A DNA stretch of 54,878 bases, counting the filler, from Squatina squatina (lineage: Eukaryota), in NCBI GenBank assembly GCA_031763465.1. It is 3 parts of 3 records of this genome, joined end to end, with 100 filler letters (N's around TTAATTAATTAA, not from the genome) between each part and the next. Parts side by side here need not be neighbours in the genome. Positions count along the whole stretch, not along the records: positions 24,738 to 42,497 come from JARFOE010000100.1; positions 42,598 to 54,878 come from JARFOE010000234.1; 1 more part is not named here. One strand, written 5' to 3'. Positions 37,363-49,292 of the stretch are shown in pieces. Under the pieces are notes generated by a model, which was not told where the DNA came from, searched no databases, and worked only from the letters and a program-made list of their open reading frames with translations. Each line of letters begins with the position of its first letter. Position 1 is the first letter of the stretch. Position numbers and translations under genes: made by a program.

Positions 37363-38796
37363 CCCCCTCAGAACATATCGAATGAGCACAGAGATTTGAC
37401 ACTGATATTTGTACTATTTGATCCTAAAGCCACTATTTATTTGTTTTATCTATATTTAGTAAACATTTTGTGTGTGGCATGCACTTCCTTTCCACAAATA
37501 TTAGATCATAAAACACATTTTATGTCAACAGTTAGAATGGAAACTTCCTTTGTAAACATTTAGAATAGGATTGTAGTATGTCAAAACATTATATGGGAAA
37601 AATATATGTAAACATTTGATCATCATGCTTTCTTAATGAACCAATTAAGAAGGTTTTTCCACCNNNNNNNNNNNNNNNNNNNNNNNNNNNNNNNNNNNNN
37701 NNNNNNNNNNNNNNNNNNNNNNNNNNNNNNNNNNNNNNNNNNNNNNNNNNNNNNNNNNNNNNNCAAATACAACAATTAACAATTAAACAAAATACCCACA
37801 ATTAAAACAAAAAACACAAAGTCACTAATCATTTGATTTAGAGGCACAGTTGGCTTAATAGTAACACTTGCAGGAGAGCAAGAGCCTCAAGGAAAAGGCT
37901 GATCCATATCTAATTATACATGTATATGCAATTCATGAGATTGAGTCAAAATCCAATATATTTGCAAAGCTTGTGAGATCCCATTATTCATATTCTATGT
38001 GATTTTCAACCCTTTATTTTCTATATATTTAATAATGTATAACTATGAATCAATATGAAAGCAACAGTCCTTGTTAGTGAGAACAATGCCAGAGTTTTGA
38101 AGGATTGAAACGCCGTCCATTTCTAGATAACTCTCTCCAACCATCATCTCCAGAACAAGAGCACTGAATCAGGTCCCATGTGTTTGGCCTAATAAATGTT
38201 TCATTGTCCTTCATACAATTATGAATGAGAATCATATAGTAATACTTGTGATTGGTATATATGTTTTTAATTTTTTATGCACAATATGTAATTTTATATG
38301 TCATTCCTGTATTTGCTTATCTGTTTTGAATGTGCATTACAGCTCTGTTTAATTCTAAATTAAATATATCAAAACAAAACAAAATATCTCTGAAATGTCT
38401 CTCATTAACTGTGGGAACCCTTTTTCAATAGAATTCAAAATTAAGCAGTATATCATATGAAGATCAATAAATTTTCAGTCAGCAAAGTAAATGTTGTTCC
38501 TGCATTTAAATTGTAGAGCTGTGTCATATATTAAACTCAATTTGTAGTGAGTGTTTTCTGCAGAATGACAAGTTTCCCAATGTACTCTTGCATTAGGATT
38601 TATTAATCCAATCCACTAATTGGTTAATCTTACAAAATGCCTCTTTTGTGATGGATCACTTTTCAGCTGAATAGAGACAATAGGCAATTTTAGAAAATGT
38701 GAATACGAATAATAATTTCTTGCTGTTCAGTTATGTGTACAAAATATTGCTTTTAACACAAACACACACACGTTAGTATAGAATTGCCATTCATTT

Positions 38797-38925
38797 AAAG
38801 AAAGAAAAACAAAATAGCATCTTTAACAGCCTCGGGATGTCCCAAAGAACTTCACAGCCAATGAAGCATCTTTGAATTGTTGTAATGCAGGAAAATGCAG
38901 CAACATTCCACAAATAGCAATACAA
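38797..38925 (-). mobile_element. SINE/L2 3' tail fragment
   Basis: aaagaaag...ggatgtcccaaagaacttcacagccaatgaag...gttgtaatgcagg, a SacSINE1-type tail. Confidence 0.65.
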
Positions 38926-39033
38926 TAATAACTNNNNNNNNNNNNNNNNNNNNNNNNNNNNNNNNNNNNNNNNNNNNNNNNNNNNNNNNNNNNNNNNNNN
39001 NNNNNNNNNNNNNNNNNNNNNNNNNNNNNNNNN

Positions 39034-39192
39034 TAGATAGATTTCTAATCAGTAAGGGAATCAAGGGTTATGGGGAGAAGGCGGGAAGGTGGAATTGAGA
39101 AATGTCAGATCAGCCATGATCCAATTGAATGGCGGAGCGGGCTCAACGGGCTGAATGGCCTACTCCTGCTCCTACCTCTTATGGTCTTATGC
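39034..39192 (+). mobile_element. CR1 3' end
   Basis: DRFLISKGIKGYGEKAGRWN* followed by gaatggcctactcctgctcct...cttatg tail. Confidence 0.9.
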
Positions 39193-39270
39193 CATTGACT
39201 TGACTGGGGGGTGCTGGAAGGAGGAACTATGATAATCAATTTTTTGGTGAGGGTATTGGCAGAGTGGCAC

Positions 39271-39344
39271 AAAAGTCTCAGGAAATGATGGTGGAGTGTA
39301 AATAATGGTGTTACTCATTTACACCATAATTTCCTGGGACTTTT
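39271..39344. repeat. Inverted repeat (MITE-like hairpin)
   Basis: aaaagtctcaggaaatgatggtg / caccataatttcctgggactttt match at 21/23 as reverse complements. Confidence 0.75.
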
Positions 39345-39799
39345 ATGGTGTAAAATGAACCCAACGTCATAGATTTGCCATTCCACTGGCGCAAACCTCC
39401 AGGAGATTTTGGGCCACAATATCCAGTTCAGATCATAAGTGCATCCTATTGTTACACTCCTGGGTTACATAAATGGACATTGGGCAGCAAACTGCTGAAT
39501 GTATGGTGATAAGGAGTGACCAACACCTGAGAGAATATTCAAAGCTGGCTCAAAACTTGCAACCATTTACAAATACGTTATTATAAAGTCTCTGCTTCTG
39601 CCTCATTCATTACTCCGTTTTTCAGTGGAATAAATGAAGAGGAGAAGCATAAAGTGGCTGCTTGATATGGATTTGTTTGTCAGTTTGTCAATTTCAAAAT
39701 GCATGTTACCTGTCAGTGATGCAGGCACATTGGACTTTGGGATAAAGATTTACAGATGTATCACATTATCTATTGCTTGGAGTGCCTCTGTTTTCAGCG

Positions 39800-40235
39800 A
39801 TGCTTCAATAAGCTAATGTTGTATGTGGACGAGTTAAAAAGTTTTGGATGACAAGCATATACCAAATTCCATTTTCCTGCCGCTTGTAAGGATAATCGGT
39901 GAAAACACTTTTTATGCGGCTATCATCCTCCAGACCCCCTGCTAGAGTAACTACAGGCATCAGTAAGTCAGCATTGCCCACAATCATTTCTCAAGTCATT
40001 TATGCTTTCCACAGCAGGGAGACTCATTTTAAAAAGCTTGCCAACATCCTTAGAGCAACAAAGGAACCTCGGAGACATCATTCACTACTGCTGACTTCAA
40101 GATCCATCAACTATACCCAACTATACCCATCCAGGCGCCTGCTAATAATGAGCAAGTCTGCAAATATAGAAAAGGCTTCCATTCTGTGAGTGTGCATGAT
40201 GGTACATGATGTCAAAAACAGCATTACAGGTATAC
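39800..40235 (+). mobile_element. Degraded PIF/Harbinger transposase
   Basis: TTGISKSALPTIISQVIYAF...HF and PIQAPANNEQVCKYRKGFHSVSV match Harbinger GISQSTVSRII..V and IPIxAP...NRKGFHSINVQ. Confidence 0.75.
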
Positions 40236-40789
40236 GTGTGTGTTAATAACTCTGCCAGTATCCATGACTGATTTTTTTTCCTTGCCAGTTCGAGTGCAGG
40301 CAGGAACTGATAGTTGACTGGTGATTGCTGCTACATAAAATATTAACCTTTNNNNNNNNNNGAGCTTTGTGATATTTTATGCAAAGCTACTCTTTCTTTT
40401 GAAAATAACAAGGCTATGGCCTAAAGCAATAACTGACAAGTGCAGTACCAAATCACCAACAACATGCTCAAGAGAAATATAATGGGGTTCACAATAAGGT
40501 CTCTCTGTTAAATTGACTAGCTTCTTTAATCCTTTTGGCTATGACTTCCATAATCCACCTACTCTCACTGCTTTTTTTGTCCTTCTTTTGGCCTTCGCCA
40601 GATCTGACAGGCATACAGCTTCTTGCTCCTTTTTATTTGTAGGCTTGGGTATTCCTGTTTAAATTAGGACCACCATGTTTGTCTCTAGCTAGGTTGTGCT
40701 CGTTGGCTTGTTCAACATACTTTAGCAGTTACAGCACAATCAACTGTGTATCCAGATCCTCTACAACCACTGACATGCACTAAGTCATC

Positions 40790-41096
40790 AGATTGCCTGC
40801 ACATCCTTGACTGTAAATTGTACAGGGATGTCGGGCTCTCTAACACCTGCCTTTTTGTTTGGGGGCTTTTCTTTTTTGCTATCCTTGAGATTATTTCAAC
40901 TTGGTTCCAATTCCTTTCCATCTTTATCATCCACAGAAGACCATTCATAAGCCAGGCAATTACTGGATAAAGCTTTTAGGATGTACTGGTTTTGGGACAG
41001 TGCATCATGACTTGATCATTTCAGCGACCAAAAACGTCAGGTTTTTCTCATTAAACAGAGCCAACTTCAACCCTGTTGGTGCAGAGTTTTAATGAT
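40790..41096 (-). mobile_element. Probable degraded Harbinger Myb/SANT-like second gene, convergent with the transposase
   Basis: Frameshifted LFNEKNLTFLVAEMIK-HDAL and IAWLMNGL...MERNWNQV..ISRIAKKK resemble the Myb/SANT (NAIF1-type) pattern FSEEEL..LV.EV..H..L / IA..VN...KRW..L...KKK. Confidence 0.45.
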
Positions 41097-41226
41097 CTGC
41101 AAATACTTTTGTCAGGCATGATTTTATTTATGGTCTCATTTTTGTAGGCCCAAACTTGGAGCTAATTTTTTGACATTCCAAGTGGATAACTTGCAGAAAT
41201 TGTAACGTCAGTTGCAGCACACTCAC

Positions 41227-41274
41227 CTCTTGTTAGGAACTTATGAAGGGAAAAACCTCTCAACACAATTTAAC
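41227..41274 (-). other. Candidate non-coding spliced exon (48 nt)
   Basis: Strong acceptor tttttgttttttattcttcag and donor GAG|gtgagt; stops in all three frames. Confidence 0.45.
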
Positions 41275-41474
41275 CTGAAGAATAAAAAACAAAAATTCAC
41301 TTGACATCGATGCAAATTGCATCAATGCAGAAATGCTCCTTATACCACACATTTGTCAACACAATGAAGAAGAACAAAAGATATGGGACTCAGCCCCATT
41401 TAAATCACATGCAAGTGAATGGTTCAAATGTGAAGGGACACAAGTTAAAAATGAGGAAGTGAGGAGTAAGTAGG

Positions 41475-41611
41475 AAACTGATAACAAGAGCTTCTACAAG
41501 TACATGAAAAGGAAGAGGGAGGTCAAAGTGAATGTAGGCCCTCTAGAGAATGAGGCTGGGGAAGTAGTTATGGGGAACAAAGAAATGGCTGAGGAGTTAA
41601 ACAGTTACTTT
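41475..41611 (+). mobile_element. CR1 ORF2 linker fragment
   Basis: NKSFYKYMKRKREVKVNVGPLENEAGEVVMGNKEMAEELNSYF. Confidence 0.9.
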
Positions 41612-42144
41612 NNNNNNNNNNNNNNNNNNNNNNNNNNNNNNNNNNNNNNNNNNNNNNNNNNNNNNNNNNNNNNNNNNNNNNNNNNNNNNNNNNNNNNNNN
41701 NNNNNNNNNNNACAAATGCCCTACCCCAAGAGTGAGAGTTGGTGATCAAGCTACATTTCACAGGAGTTATTGTGCACACTGTCACAGCACACTTCTACAG
41801 TTACTGTCAGTTGGGTGAAACAATGTTTGCAATGGTTGCTCTCTAGTGGCTTTTGTTATGGTAAATGAGGCAATTCAATTAAATTTTGCCTCGAGAGCTG
41901 AATATTTAGAAATAGGCAACCTGATTTGCTGTTCTTCCTGTGAGCCTCTAGTGGTGCACTCCCTCAATTATTATATTGATCTGTCAGACCTGAATGTGTT
42001 AATGTGATCATGATGTGAATAATAATGTAATACATAAATTACCAAACAGTGATCTAAGTTAACACAATGAACTATTTACAGGCTCTCAGGAGGGTATTAT
42101 TGTGTGTTGGCAGCAGTAAAACAGTAGTTTGGAAATGTTCCTCC

Positions 42145-42497
42145 CTTGATCTATATGAAACTCTTTTACATGCACTGATCTTTTGCATACTCTATTCTGT
42201 TACAGGCACTGATCTGTTACTTATTCACTAATCTGACACATACTCTGATCGGTTACTTGCACTGATCTGTCACATAATCTGATCAGTTACGTACTCTGGT
42301 ATGTTACATGCACTGATCTTTTACATACACTGATCTGTTACATACTCTAATCTGTGACACACACTAATCTGTTACACTCACTGATCTGTTACATGCACTG
42401 ATCTGTTACATTACACTAATCTGTTACATGTACTGATTTGTTACAAGCACTGATCTGTTACATACTCTAATCTGTTACATGCACTGATATGTCACAT
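42145..42497. repeat. 17-bp minisatellite (consensus ACTGATCTGTTACATGC), about 20 units, running into the linker
   Basis: Contiguous degenerate units with no spacers. Confidence 0.95.
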
Positions 42498-42597
42498 NNN
42501 NNNNNNNNNNNNNNNNNNNNNNNNNNNNNNNNNNNNNNNNNTTAATTAATTAANNNNNNNNNNNNNNNNNNNNNNNNNNNNNNNNNNNNNNNNNNNN
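42498..42597. other. Artificial contig linker (44 N + TTAATTAATTAA + 44 N)
   Basis: Identical to 24638-24737. Confidence 0.95.
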
Positions 42598-43006
42598 CAG
42601 GGTTTAACTCCAATCTAGTGTGTTCATCGTCCAGTTAAAAGGCTGCTATGGCACTGTTGTGCCTTGTGATAGAGAAGTTCAGCTTTCTATTTTTTGAAGG
42701 TTGGCAAAAGACTTCATAATTAACTTTCGGTGACTTAAGTCGAATGAAATCAACCCTAACTGAAAACTGCTGGTGAACCGACAGGTCCACAAATTGCACT
42801 GTGTTCCCCCAAGATATTGAACAAAGCACTTCGAACAGGGAACCCCAATCCATTCTTATTGATTCCATCTTCATCGTACTTGGAGTAGAAGCAGTGTGTT
42901 ATTCCCTAGAATGCTACATGTTCTGGTGCCGTATGGCCCATCAGAAATAATAAACCCATTCATCTCACCATAGTTCTAGTTGGGAGTTGAATTTCCTGTT
43001 TTACAG

Positions 43007-43039
43007 CTTCATTTTGCTGGAGATGAACACCAGCCTAAG
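43007..43039 (+). CDS. Candidate 33-nt exon (LHFAGDEHQPK or FILLEMNTSL)
   Basis: Acceptor tttcctgttttacag and consensus donor AAG|gtgagt; frame-preserving length. Confidence 0.45.
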
Positions 43040-45169
43040 GTGAGTTGCTCTTCTCCATTAAAATACCAAGCCTTTACTTCATATTCCTCTATTGTGCTCT
43101 CCTCTCTTTGTTACAAAGTCAAGTTAGCATTTTCTTTACCATTCCATGTTAACATTCACCACTGCACATTCAAGTGTGAAGCCTTGAATTCATAGGCAGG
43201 GTGGCTCCATCTGCTTTCAGTTTCAATCCTAATTTTATTACTGTCCTCAGCACAGAATGTCACTTGTCTGCAGTAGACTTTTCAATACTATTATTCTTCG
43301 TAAGACCACTGTATATAACATTAAATTCCTCTGTTCCCCAAATGTAAAAAAAAGCAAAAAAAATTGCAGAAAAAATTCACAAAGGAAAGTATACCATTTC
43401 ATTGTTAAAAGCGTATTATAGAAGTCTTACAAGTTACAGCATATGTCTCTGAAAATGGAGCCAAATTTTGTCTGTTAACATCAGTGACCATTAGAGCACA
43501 TACTATCTTATCTATGAACTTCTTTTCACAACTCAACAGAGCTGCTGTTAAGTTCCTATAATATTCCAGGTCTTTGACTAACAAATAATAGGTTGCTTTT
43601 TTGATTTTCTGTCATTTCTCTAAAAGCTGATTTAGCTTTCTTTAGACTTGTGTATAAAATGAATTATCATTCTATAGATGTATTGAATCATTTTCTCGCA
43701 GTTTGACTAAGTAGGGCCTTGGTACTAATTATCTTTTCACGACAATTGATCTGCACATTTGATCTATTTCAGTCTTTAAAGAATCTCCTCCCTTTAGGAG
43801 ACAAATGATATAACTGCTCCCTGTCATAAATACCTTCTCTGTTTCTGTTGTATTGATATCAATGACTGACCCTGGATTTAATAGTTTGATGGCTGTGGCA
43901 GTAATATTTCCATAGACCTATGTGTTGTACAAATATGGAATGCGCAGAAATACATAACAGGCTATTCGGCCAAACCAGTCCGTGTTGACATTTCTCCTTG
44001 ACACAGCTGCCCAGTGTCACTGCATTGATGTTATTTTCAAAAGTANNNNNNNNNNNNNNNNNNNNNNNNNNNNNNNNNNNNNNNNNNNNNNNNNNNNNNN
44101 NNNNNNNNNNNNNNNNNNNNNNNNNNNNNNNNNNNNNNNNNNNNNTCATTGCTGTCTTCATATTAATTTCTCTAAATATTACTACACTTTAGTTATCACA
44201 GCCTTGAATTTATGGCCTGCATATATTAGCTTAGGAACAATTAGCGTGTTCATACTAAAGTCATTTGCCGCTAACGTAACCTATTTAGTTTAAGAGCAAA
44301 ATGAACTCTATTAAATATTCACAAAGCAAAATTTCAAGGCCAACATCAAGAAAAATGCCAAATCTAAATCAATATATGTCATAAACCAAGTTCAGTAACG
44401 ACAAACCCTTTCAAAATTTCAGTTGCTAATTAAAATGTTTATGAGTGGAACTGTGCTTGATTTTCAGCTCTTTAGTTACTAATCTCGTCCGGGGTATATT
44501 TCAGATTTTGGCTGCATTCCTTCTCCAAAGGCTTAAAAGTACTCAGTGAACACATAGCAAATTGTTTCTGACTTGAAAAATCCCCAAACAACTCGTTAGC
44601 TGTGATCTGCTATTCCAATCAAACTCTCTCCCGGGAAACCTTCTTTGCATAAAATTTGATTTGGCCAGACTATTTTACCTATCATAGTCATCATTTGCAG
44701 TTAGAAATCTGCACCTTGGCCTTCCTTTTTTTAAATTTTGTTTTTGTTTCTTACACAAGCGCAGGCCCCCAATGAACTATACTCACCCACCCTCTTAAAA
44801 AAAAAGCTCTTTGTATTAAGGTGATTTTTGTAACCAGCACTTAAAATACAAGGAGCAAATGAAAAGAAAACAGGGTCAAAAGCTCCTAAAATAGGTGCGA
44901 GCTGATGCTCTGTCTCCAGCACGCTTTGTAACAAAATGCTGGATTTACATCTTTGGTACACAGCAGAATTTTGTTGGTGTGACTGATGTGTTGAGCCAGT
45001 GATGGNNNNNNNNNNNNNNNNNNNNNNNNNNNNNNNNNNNNNNNNNNNNNNNNNNNNNNNNNNNNNNNNNNNNNNNNNNNNNNNNNNNNNNNNNNNNNNN
45101 NNNNNGTGTTGAGCCAGTGATGGCATTTTGAAATCTTAGCTTCTGAAAACAAGTAACCCTTGCCTGAAA

Positions 45170-45322
45170 ATTGTTCTGCATAATGTCATGCAACGAATGC
45201 TTAATGCAGCCGTATCGATGTCTTTTGTCCGCCATTTTAAGGGAGGTGTCAAAATGGCAGACAAGGGGAGCCTGATATCAATGCATTAAGCCTTCGTAAA
45301 ATAACGTCCAGGCTTGCAGCAC
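45170..45322. repeat. Long imperfect palindrome centred at about 45245
   Basis: Inner arms ttgtccgccatttt / aaaatggcagacaa (13/14); outer arms cgaatgcttaatgca / tgcattaagccttcg (14/15). Confidence 0.8.
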
Positions 45323-46244
45323 AGCCCGGGGAAATATCTTCTGGCGTTTTGAGGCAGAAAAATTTAATCGGATGCTTGAAGGCGTGTCTCCATCTTCAGG
45401 CACCAGCTTGGCAGCATGTCCATAATGTTAACGGCAAATTTAAATATTAACGACCTGCCACATGATGGGTGGAGACAAAGTGTTGAGTTTCACTTTGCTG
45501 CTTAAAAGCAAAACAGGGCCGAGAACTGAGCCACTTCTCAGTACAGCTGCAATCATTCTTAAGAGATAAATAGAGGCACGCTGGAAGTACACGGCAGGCC
45601 CATCGCGCAGCTTTCATATCATTCAACAACAGATTTAAAATCCTAATGATCTGTAACATCGTGAGAAGGACATAAAGAGCTGGACTGGCCTCCTTCCATG
45701 CTGTTTCATTCAAAGAATCCATGAGCTGGAGGAAAGTACTGAATGCTGGAAATCTGAAATGATTACAGAAAATGCTCCTGAATTATAAACAGCACTTTGA
45801 TTTTCCCCTTACCTATTATATAAAGGGGAGGCTGTGGTACTGTTTATATTGTTGCTAATTTCTAAAACAAACAGCGATGGTTGCAATCAGTAAAAAAAAT
45901 ATGGAATGCAGGATTATGTAGGTGTCAGTTGATGAAAGGAAAATGGGCGATTAAAAAGGTAGCTTAAATGTTATTTATGATGCATATATGCAGCTCCAGA
46001 AGCATAACAGTATATCACCATGGCAGGAAGCTTGGTATGTGCACTTCAAAGGACACAAGTCTGTTGTACTCACATTAGTCCAATTTAGAATGAGTCCAGT
46101 ACACTTATGCAGACTAATAGTGAAAGAGTGAAGCCAACCACCCCTAGTGCTCAAAGATTGGGTTAACTCATGTATCAATCTTTAACTCAATGATCATTCA
46201 GAGTTTTATCACCAGAAATATTTCAGTTTTAATCGGTGCACCTT

Positions 46245-46448
46245 GATTCTTAGGCTTGGAATTCGCTGCAATGGCCGATATTGGTGTCGAGTGGCGTAAC
46301 TTAGACCATCGTCCAACTCCGATCCTCCAGTGGGCAATTCATGCCTTAATTTGCTGGAAAAGTAATTAGAATTCGCCGCAGTGAGCATAGCGGTGGATCG
46401 GGAGCGATGCAGCCAACATCCGATACTCATCCAAGGTATCTGGAGCCG
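46245..46448. repeat. Degenerate palindromic MITE-like element
   Basis: Arms gatattgg / ccaacatc and ccgatcctcc / ggtggatcgg; ggc...gcc termini; CpG-rich. Confidence 0.5.
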
Positions 46449-46468
46449 GCTACAGAACTGAAGAACAA

Positions 46469-46654
46469 GCTGTCTTTCAAATGAGATGTTAAACCGAGGC
46501 CCCCGTCTGCTCTTTCAGGTGGACGTAAAAGATCCCACGGCACTATTTCGAAGAAGAGTAGGGGAGTTATCCCCGGTGTCCTGGCCAATATTTATCCCTT
46601 AATCAACATCACTAAAAACAGATTATCTGGTCGTCATCACCTTGCTGTTTGTGG
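46469..46654 (+). mobile_element. DeuSINE (SacSINE1/AmnSINE1-related) Deu domain
   Basis: gctgtctttcaaatgagatgttaaaccgaggccc...aaagatcccacggcacta...aagagtagggg..ccccggtgtcctggccaa matches the conserved Deu-domain consensus. Confidence 0.88.
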
Positions 46655-47689
46655 NNNNNNNNNNNNNNNNNNNNNNNNNNNNNNNNNNNNNNNNNNNNNN
46701 NNNNNNNNNNNNNNNNNNNNNNNNNNNNNNNNNNNNNNNNNNNNNNNNNNNNNNCTCAGAAAGCTGATGACGGTCCCAAGTAACATCTGGCAATCTTGTG
46801 CGCCCATTAAGGATACAAGGTTTAGCAGTCACAAGATTTGTTTATCGAGTCAGAAGTGCAATATTGGAGCGAGCTGCCAACAGGGCCTTGGATCAAGCAC
46901 CAGTAGTACGACAAACGCAGTCTCCCAGCACTCTGAGAACAAGTCAGTTCCTCTGGCCTTTGGACTAAAATAATATTCAGTGGCTCCAGCCTCAAGCCTG
47001 GTTAATGCATCTGTCCAGAAGCCATAATTACTCGGTCAACATTACCCGGCCAGCATCCAACAGTCAGACTTATTTCTTAACTCTCAGAGATTTTTTTTTT
47101 GTTGCCTTTTGATCTTTAGGTAACATGTTTGCAGGGGGAGGGGGTGGTGTTGGGGTAGGGGTGGGTGGGGAAGGTGAGAGTTGGAGAACTCAAGATGGAG
47201 CAACGCTTTGGAAACATTTAAATGTGTTTACCGCGGAACTGAAACAAGGCAAAGATGCATTTTGCCTCAGTCAGGCTCAGTGGGGGAAAAGTAGAGAAAT
47301 AAGTCTGCCTGCCAAGTTATTATATCCAACACCAGATTTAATCCGAGTGGTGTTTATAATATAATTGTGGCAGCCATGCCTCGTAAGTAATCGCATTATA
47401 ATTTTATGGTACGTTTGTGATGTAGCCGCATGGAACATTAAATTCTGTTTAGGAACTGAAGCGTGCCTCTGCTCACCAGCCCAGCTTTAATGCAGCCACT
47501 GAACTGGGGCTCCAACTGCTTGAGGGTGGGTGTTCTTCTCAAACCCTTATTACTCTGATTGCTGCTGGCTGATGAGTTATCCATCTTGTAGTTACAGCAG
47601 GTCAAAGCCTGGGCATTTCCCACAGGCCCCCACAAGGCCATCCCGACCCTACTGACAAAGTGCAGGTTAGGCGTCTACTCAACTCCGGG

Positions 47690-47714
47690 GAGAGAGAGAG
47701 AGAGAGAGAGAGAG
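47690..47714. repeat. (GA)n microsatellite
   Basis: About 12 perfect GA units. Confidence 0.95.
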
Positions 47715-48134
47715 TGAAAAAAAAAGAAATCCTAACCATCTATCCACATTATTGGCTCCAGCTTTTTTTTTCTGCTGAGGTGAGTTACCGCTTCTTAAAT
47801 ACCACGTCTAAGGTCTGTATCAGGGCACATAAATCAGGAGGTTTCGCCTAGGTTTTACCTTTCATTATAAATTGACCTTGTTCTTGAACTCAATGATTTG
47901 GTGCAAATCCCAAGCAAACAGGTTGGGTGTTGAAGAATCCGCTGACTTCAGACATAAGTACATCTTGCATCCAATCCTGCAGCTAGGCACACCAGTAACT
48001 GCTGATGTGAACTCTGTTTATGGCACTCATAATAAGAATGACACTAAAGAGGTGAATGATAATAGACAGACTCCAAATGTAGATTCACTTCTCAACTCAA
48101 TAAAAGGAAATGCGCTATTACTCCAACATAAGGC

Positions 48135-48460
48135 CAGCTATCTCTGTAATCTCCTCCAACCCTACAACCCTCCGAGAGTTCAGCGTTCCTTCAATTCTGA
48201 TCTCTTGCGCATTCCCGATTTCCTAGGCCCTACCATTGGTGGCCGTGCCTTCAGCTGTCTAGGCCCGAAGCTCTTGGCTACCCTCCCTGAACTTCTCCGC
48301 TTCTCTACTTCTCTCTCCTCCTTTACCATACTCCGTAAAACTCACCACTCTGTCTTAATATCTCCTTATGGTGGCTCGGTGTCGAATTTTGTTTGATAAC
48401 GCGCCTGTAATGCGACTTGGGACGTCAAAGGCGCTACATAGATGCAAGTTGTTGTTGTCG
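48135..48460 (+). mobile_element. L2-clade LINE 3' end
   Basis: YLCNLLQPYNPPR...IGGRAFSCLGPKL...LP..LR.STSLSSF, then 3' UTR ending aaaggcgctacatagatgcaa(gtt)n. Confidence 0.9.
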
Positions 48461-48779
48461 TAGAAATACATGTCCCTGCTTGGCGCTAAAGATGTGGGGG
48501 AGGGGGTCATGTTAATAGGAGACTCTAACCTCCCTCAGGTAGCCCACCTGGCCGATTCCCCTCACGGAGAAGCCATTTCATAAAAGACAGTGAGCCCAAA
48601 AGCCACGCCAGCCCAGTCTGTTCCCATCAGCAATTGCAGGCAGGTGTTGTTTTCCTTCTCCGGTGGAAAGATATTTAAATATCAACGTCTGATTTGGAAT
48701 CAGAGACAGCCCAAAGGGATAAGTGCAGGGACAGGAGATTTAAAATCAGCAGTGTGAAATGCTGGACTGATGCCGGGAG

Positions 48780-48840
48780 GGAGGGGTTCGAGGGGCTCGA
48801 ATGGCCTGCTCCTGCTCCTATTTCTTTATGTTCTTATGAC
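48780..48840 (+). mobile_element. CR1/SINE 3' tail
   Basis: ttcgaggggctcgaatggcctgctcctgctcctatttctttatgttcttatg. Confidence 0.75.
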
Positions 48841-48992
48841 CTCATNNNNNNNNNNNNNNNNNNNNNNNNNNNNNNNNNNNNNNNNNNNNNNNNNNNNNNN
48901 NNNNNNNNNNNNNNNNNNNNNNNNNNNNNNNNNNNNNNNNNNNNNAGGTGGTCCGTCCGTTTTTATTCTTATTGTTGTTTCTGGGAGCAGTT

Positions 48993-49292
48993 TGTTACAA
49001 CTGAGTGGCTTGCTTGGCCATTTCAGAGGGCATTTAAGACTCTGGAGTTACATATCGGCCAGACCAGGTAAGGACGGTAGATTTCTTTCCCTAAAGGACA
49101 TTAGTGAACCAGATGGGTTTTTACAACAATCCGATTGTTTTATGGTCACCATTACTGACACTAGCTTTTTAATCCGGATTTATTTAATTAACTGAATTTA
49201 AATTCCCCAGCTGCCGCAGTGGAATTTGAACTCCTGTCTCCGATTATTAGTTCAGGCCTCTGCATTACTACCTTAACCACTATGCGACCGTT
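48993..49292 (-). mobile_element. tRNA-derived SINE, near full length
   Basis: The reverse strand has an A-box-like start (gcatagtggttaagg), a B box (gagttcaaattcc) and the body aaaaacccatctggttcactaatgtcctttagggaaagaaatctaccgtccttacctggtctggcc; other copies at 37135 and 53285. Confidence 0.85.

Noticed and set aside
42145-42497. CRISPR-like periodic array
   Set aside because: Units are contiguous with no unique spacers, there are no cas genes, and the context is vertebrate.
42757-42906. Minus-strand frame GITHCFYSKYDEDGINKNGLGFPVRSALFNILG...*
   Set aside because: Looks protein-like, but the acceptor lacks a polypyrimidine tract and no homologue is recognised.
44788-44840. Possible minus-strand exon with a gtgagt donor
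   Set aside because: Contains a poly-T run and shows no coding bias; probably chance splice-like sites.
47872-48396. 174-aa ORF as a host gene
   Set aside because: Its C-terminal half is an L2 LINE fragment and the N-terminal half is unremarkable.
49195-49292. Additional tRNA genes at B-box motifs (also about 8440 and 53340)
   Set aside because: These are SINE heads with no complete cloverleaf.
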